DNA from: Octopus sinensis
Taxonomy: Eukaryota
Length of the DNA stretch: 64,000 bases
Direction: 5' to 3'
Assembly: GCF_006345805.1 (NCBI RefSeq)
Contig: NC_043012.1
Span: forward strand, 40,424,001-40,488,000
Below, piece by piece: positions 62,771 through 64,000 of the stretch. The translations under genes and the position numbers were made by a program. Positions within the stretch are counted from its first letter, which is position 1. Each line of letters opens with the position of its first letter. A model generated the notes under the pieces. It had not been told where the DNA came from and did not search any database. It saw only the letters and a list, made by a program, of their open reading frames with translations.

Positions 62771-63126
62771 AGGCGCAGGAGTGGCTGTGTGGTAAGTAGC
62801 TTGCCTAACCAACCACATGGTTCCGGGTTCAGTCCCACTGCGTGTGGATTTGGTAGACGGAAACTGAAAGAAGCCTGTCATATATATGATTATATGTATA
62901 TGTTGTGTCTGTGTGTTTGTGTGTCTGTGTTTGTCCCCTAGCATTGCTTGACAAACCGATGCTGTGTGTTTACGTCCCCGTCACTTAGCGGTTCGGCAAA
63001 AGAGACCGATAGAATAAGCACTGGGCTTACAAAGAATAAGTCCCGGGGTCGATTTGCTCGACTAAAGGTGGTGCTCCAGCATGGCCGCGTCAAAATGACT
63101 GAAACAAGTAAAAGAATAAAAGAGTA
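62771..63126 (+). mobile_element. SINE family A with the core block deleted (a degenerate head also at 62466-62600)
   Basis: CCCACTGCGT joins directly to GTGGATTTGG. The 3' domain is intact. Confidence 0.85.
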
Positions 63127-63391
63127 TATATATATATTATATATATATATAATAAAATTATATATATGTACATACGTACGTATGCATGTACGTACGTGTG
63201 TATGTGCGTGTAGTCAGATGTACGACTACTTCTGTATGAGTCAGAGCTCCACGTCAATTATCATTATGCTCTCAACTTCTAGTATAGTGGTTAGTTTGCC
63301 ACTGTTCTTAGCTTTGTTACTGGTTATGATTGAAAGAGTGTATGTAAGGAAAAACTGTGATAAAGAATAAAATATTTAGTTGCTACGTACG

Positions 63392-63617
63392 TTTCACCAT
63401 TGCACTTAACTGGAGTTCATCAGTGGATGTTACAAGTGTATTTCGATGCCTTACCGTAACGGATCCTCGGGAGAAACACTTTATGGCATTCGATCATTGA
63501 GTGAATTGAGGTGGGGGTGGGGGCAATAGAGCGTTCCCTTGATGAAACAATGCGGTTTAGCATCGAAATGAACCTGGATCATCCACCGTTGAGTTCCAAT
63601 TAACTGCAATGGTGAAA
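63392..63617. mobile_element. Fold-back MITE-like element with about 58-bp imperfect arms
   Basis: TTTCACCATTGCACTTAACTGGAGTTCATCAGTGGATG..TTTCGATGC versus GCATCGAAA..CATCCACCGTTGAGTTCCAATTAACTGCAATGGTGAAA. Confidence 0.65.
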
Positions 63618-63668
63618 TATACATAGGACGAACTAAATATTTAAACAGGTGTTTATCACAATTCCTAC

Positions 63669-63711
<43 letters not shown>

Positions 63712-64000
63712 AATTACGTATGCATACATATTTATATATATATGTATATATGTATTATACATTGTATATCATATATGTATGCATGTTTGTATGTATGTAT
63801 CTATTTATCTATCTACCTGTGTGTGTGTGCTCCAGCGTGGCCACAACTTTAGGGCTGAAATGTGAAAAAGAATCAAAGAATATATTAAAATGTATGTATG
63901 TGTGTATCTATGTGCGTGTGTGTATATAGACCCACTTCGGGACTATATATTACTAAGTCCGTAGGGTCACGTCTGTGCTGAGAACAATTATTCCCGAACC

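Overview
Repeat-saturated animal genomic DNA. The SINE families, extreme microsatellite load and the one host exon point to an octopus-like cephalopod (inference). The only host gene I can support is the first coding exon of a heterotrimeric G-protein alpha-i subunit on the minus strand (15312-15195, [40 protein letters not shown], 118 nt, GTAAGT donor). It is too short for the ORF track, and bases 1-15194 appear to be its intron 1. Upstream of it lie two near-complete Penelope-like retroelements (PLEs), tail-to-tail and both set in (TA)n. One is Neptune-type (+, 21875-25179). The other is Naiad-type (-, 26371-32224), with two ~1.08 kb pseudo-LTRs and an inverted fragment. There are five type-I hammerhead ribozyme motifs. 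Three belong to the Naiad element and have an unusual 60-nt stem II, one is in the Neptune 3' end, and one sits in a small tRNA-headed/(AAT)n/hammerhead element. The rest is deleted mariners, RTE and R4/Dong LINE fragments, a Helitron, MITEs, at least five SINE families, minisatellites, long microsatellites and a 100-N gap. Almost all long ORFs in the supplied track are microsatellite artefacts. The most interesting leads are the long-stem-II ribozyme system, the tRNA-headed ribozyme element and a 68-bp identical mini-element inside (TA)n.
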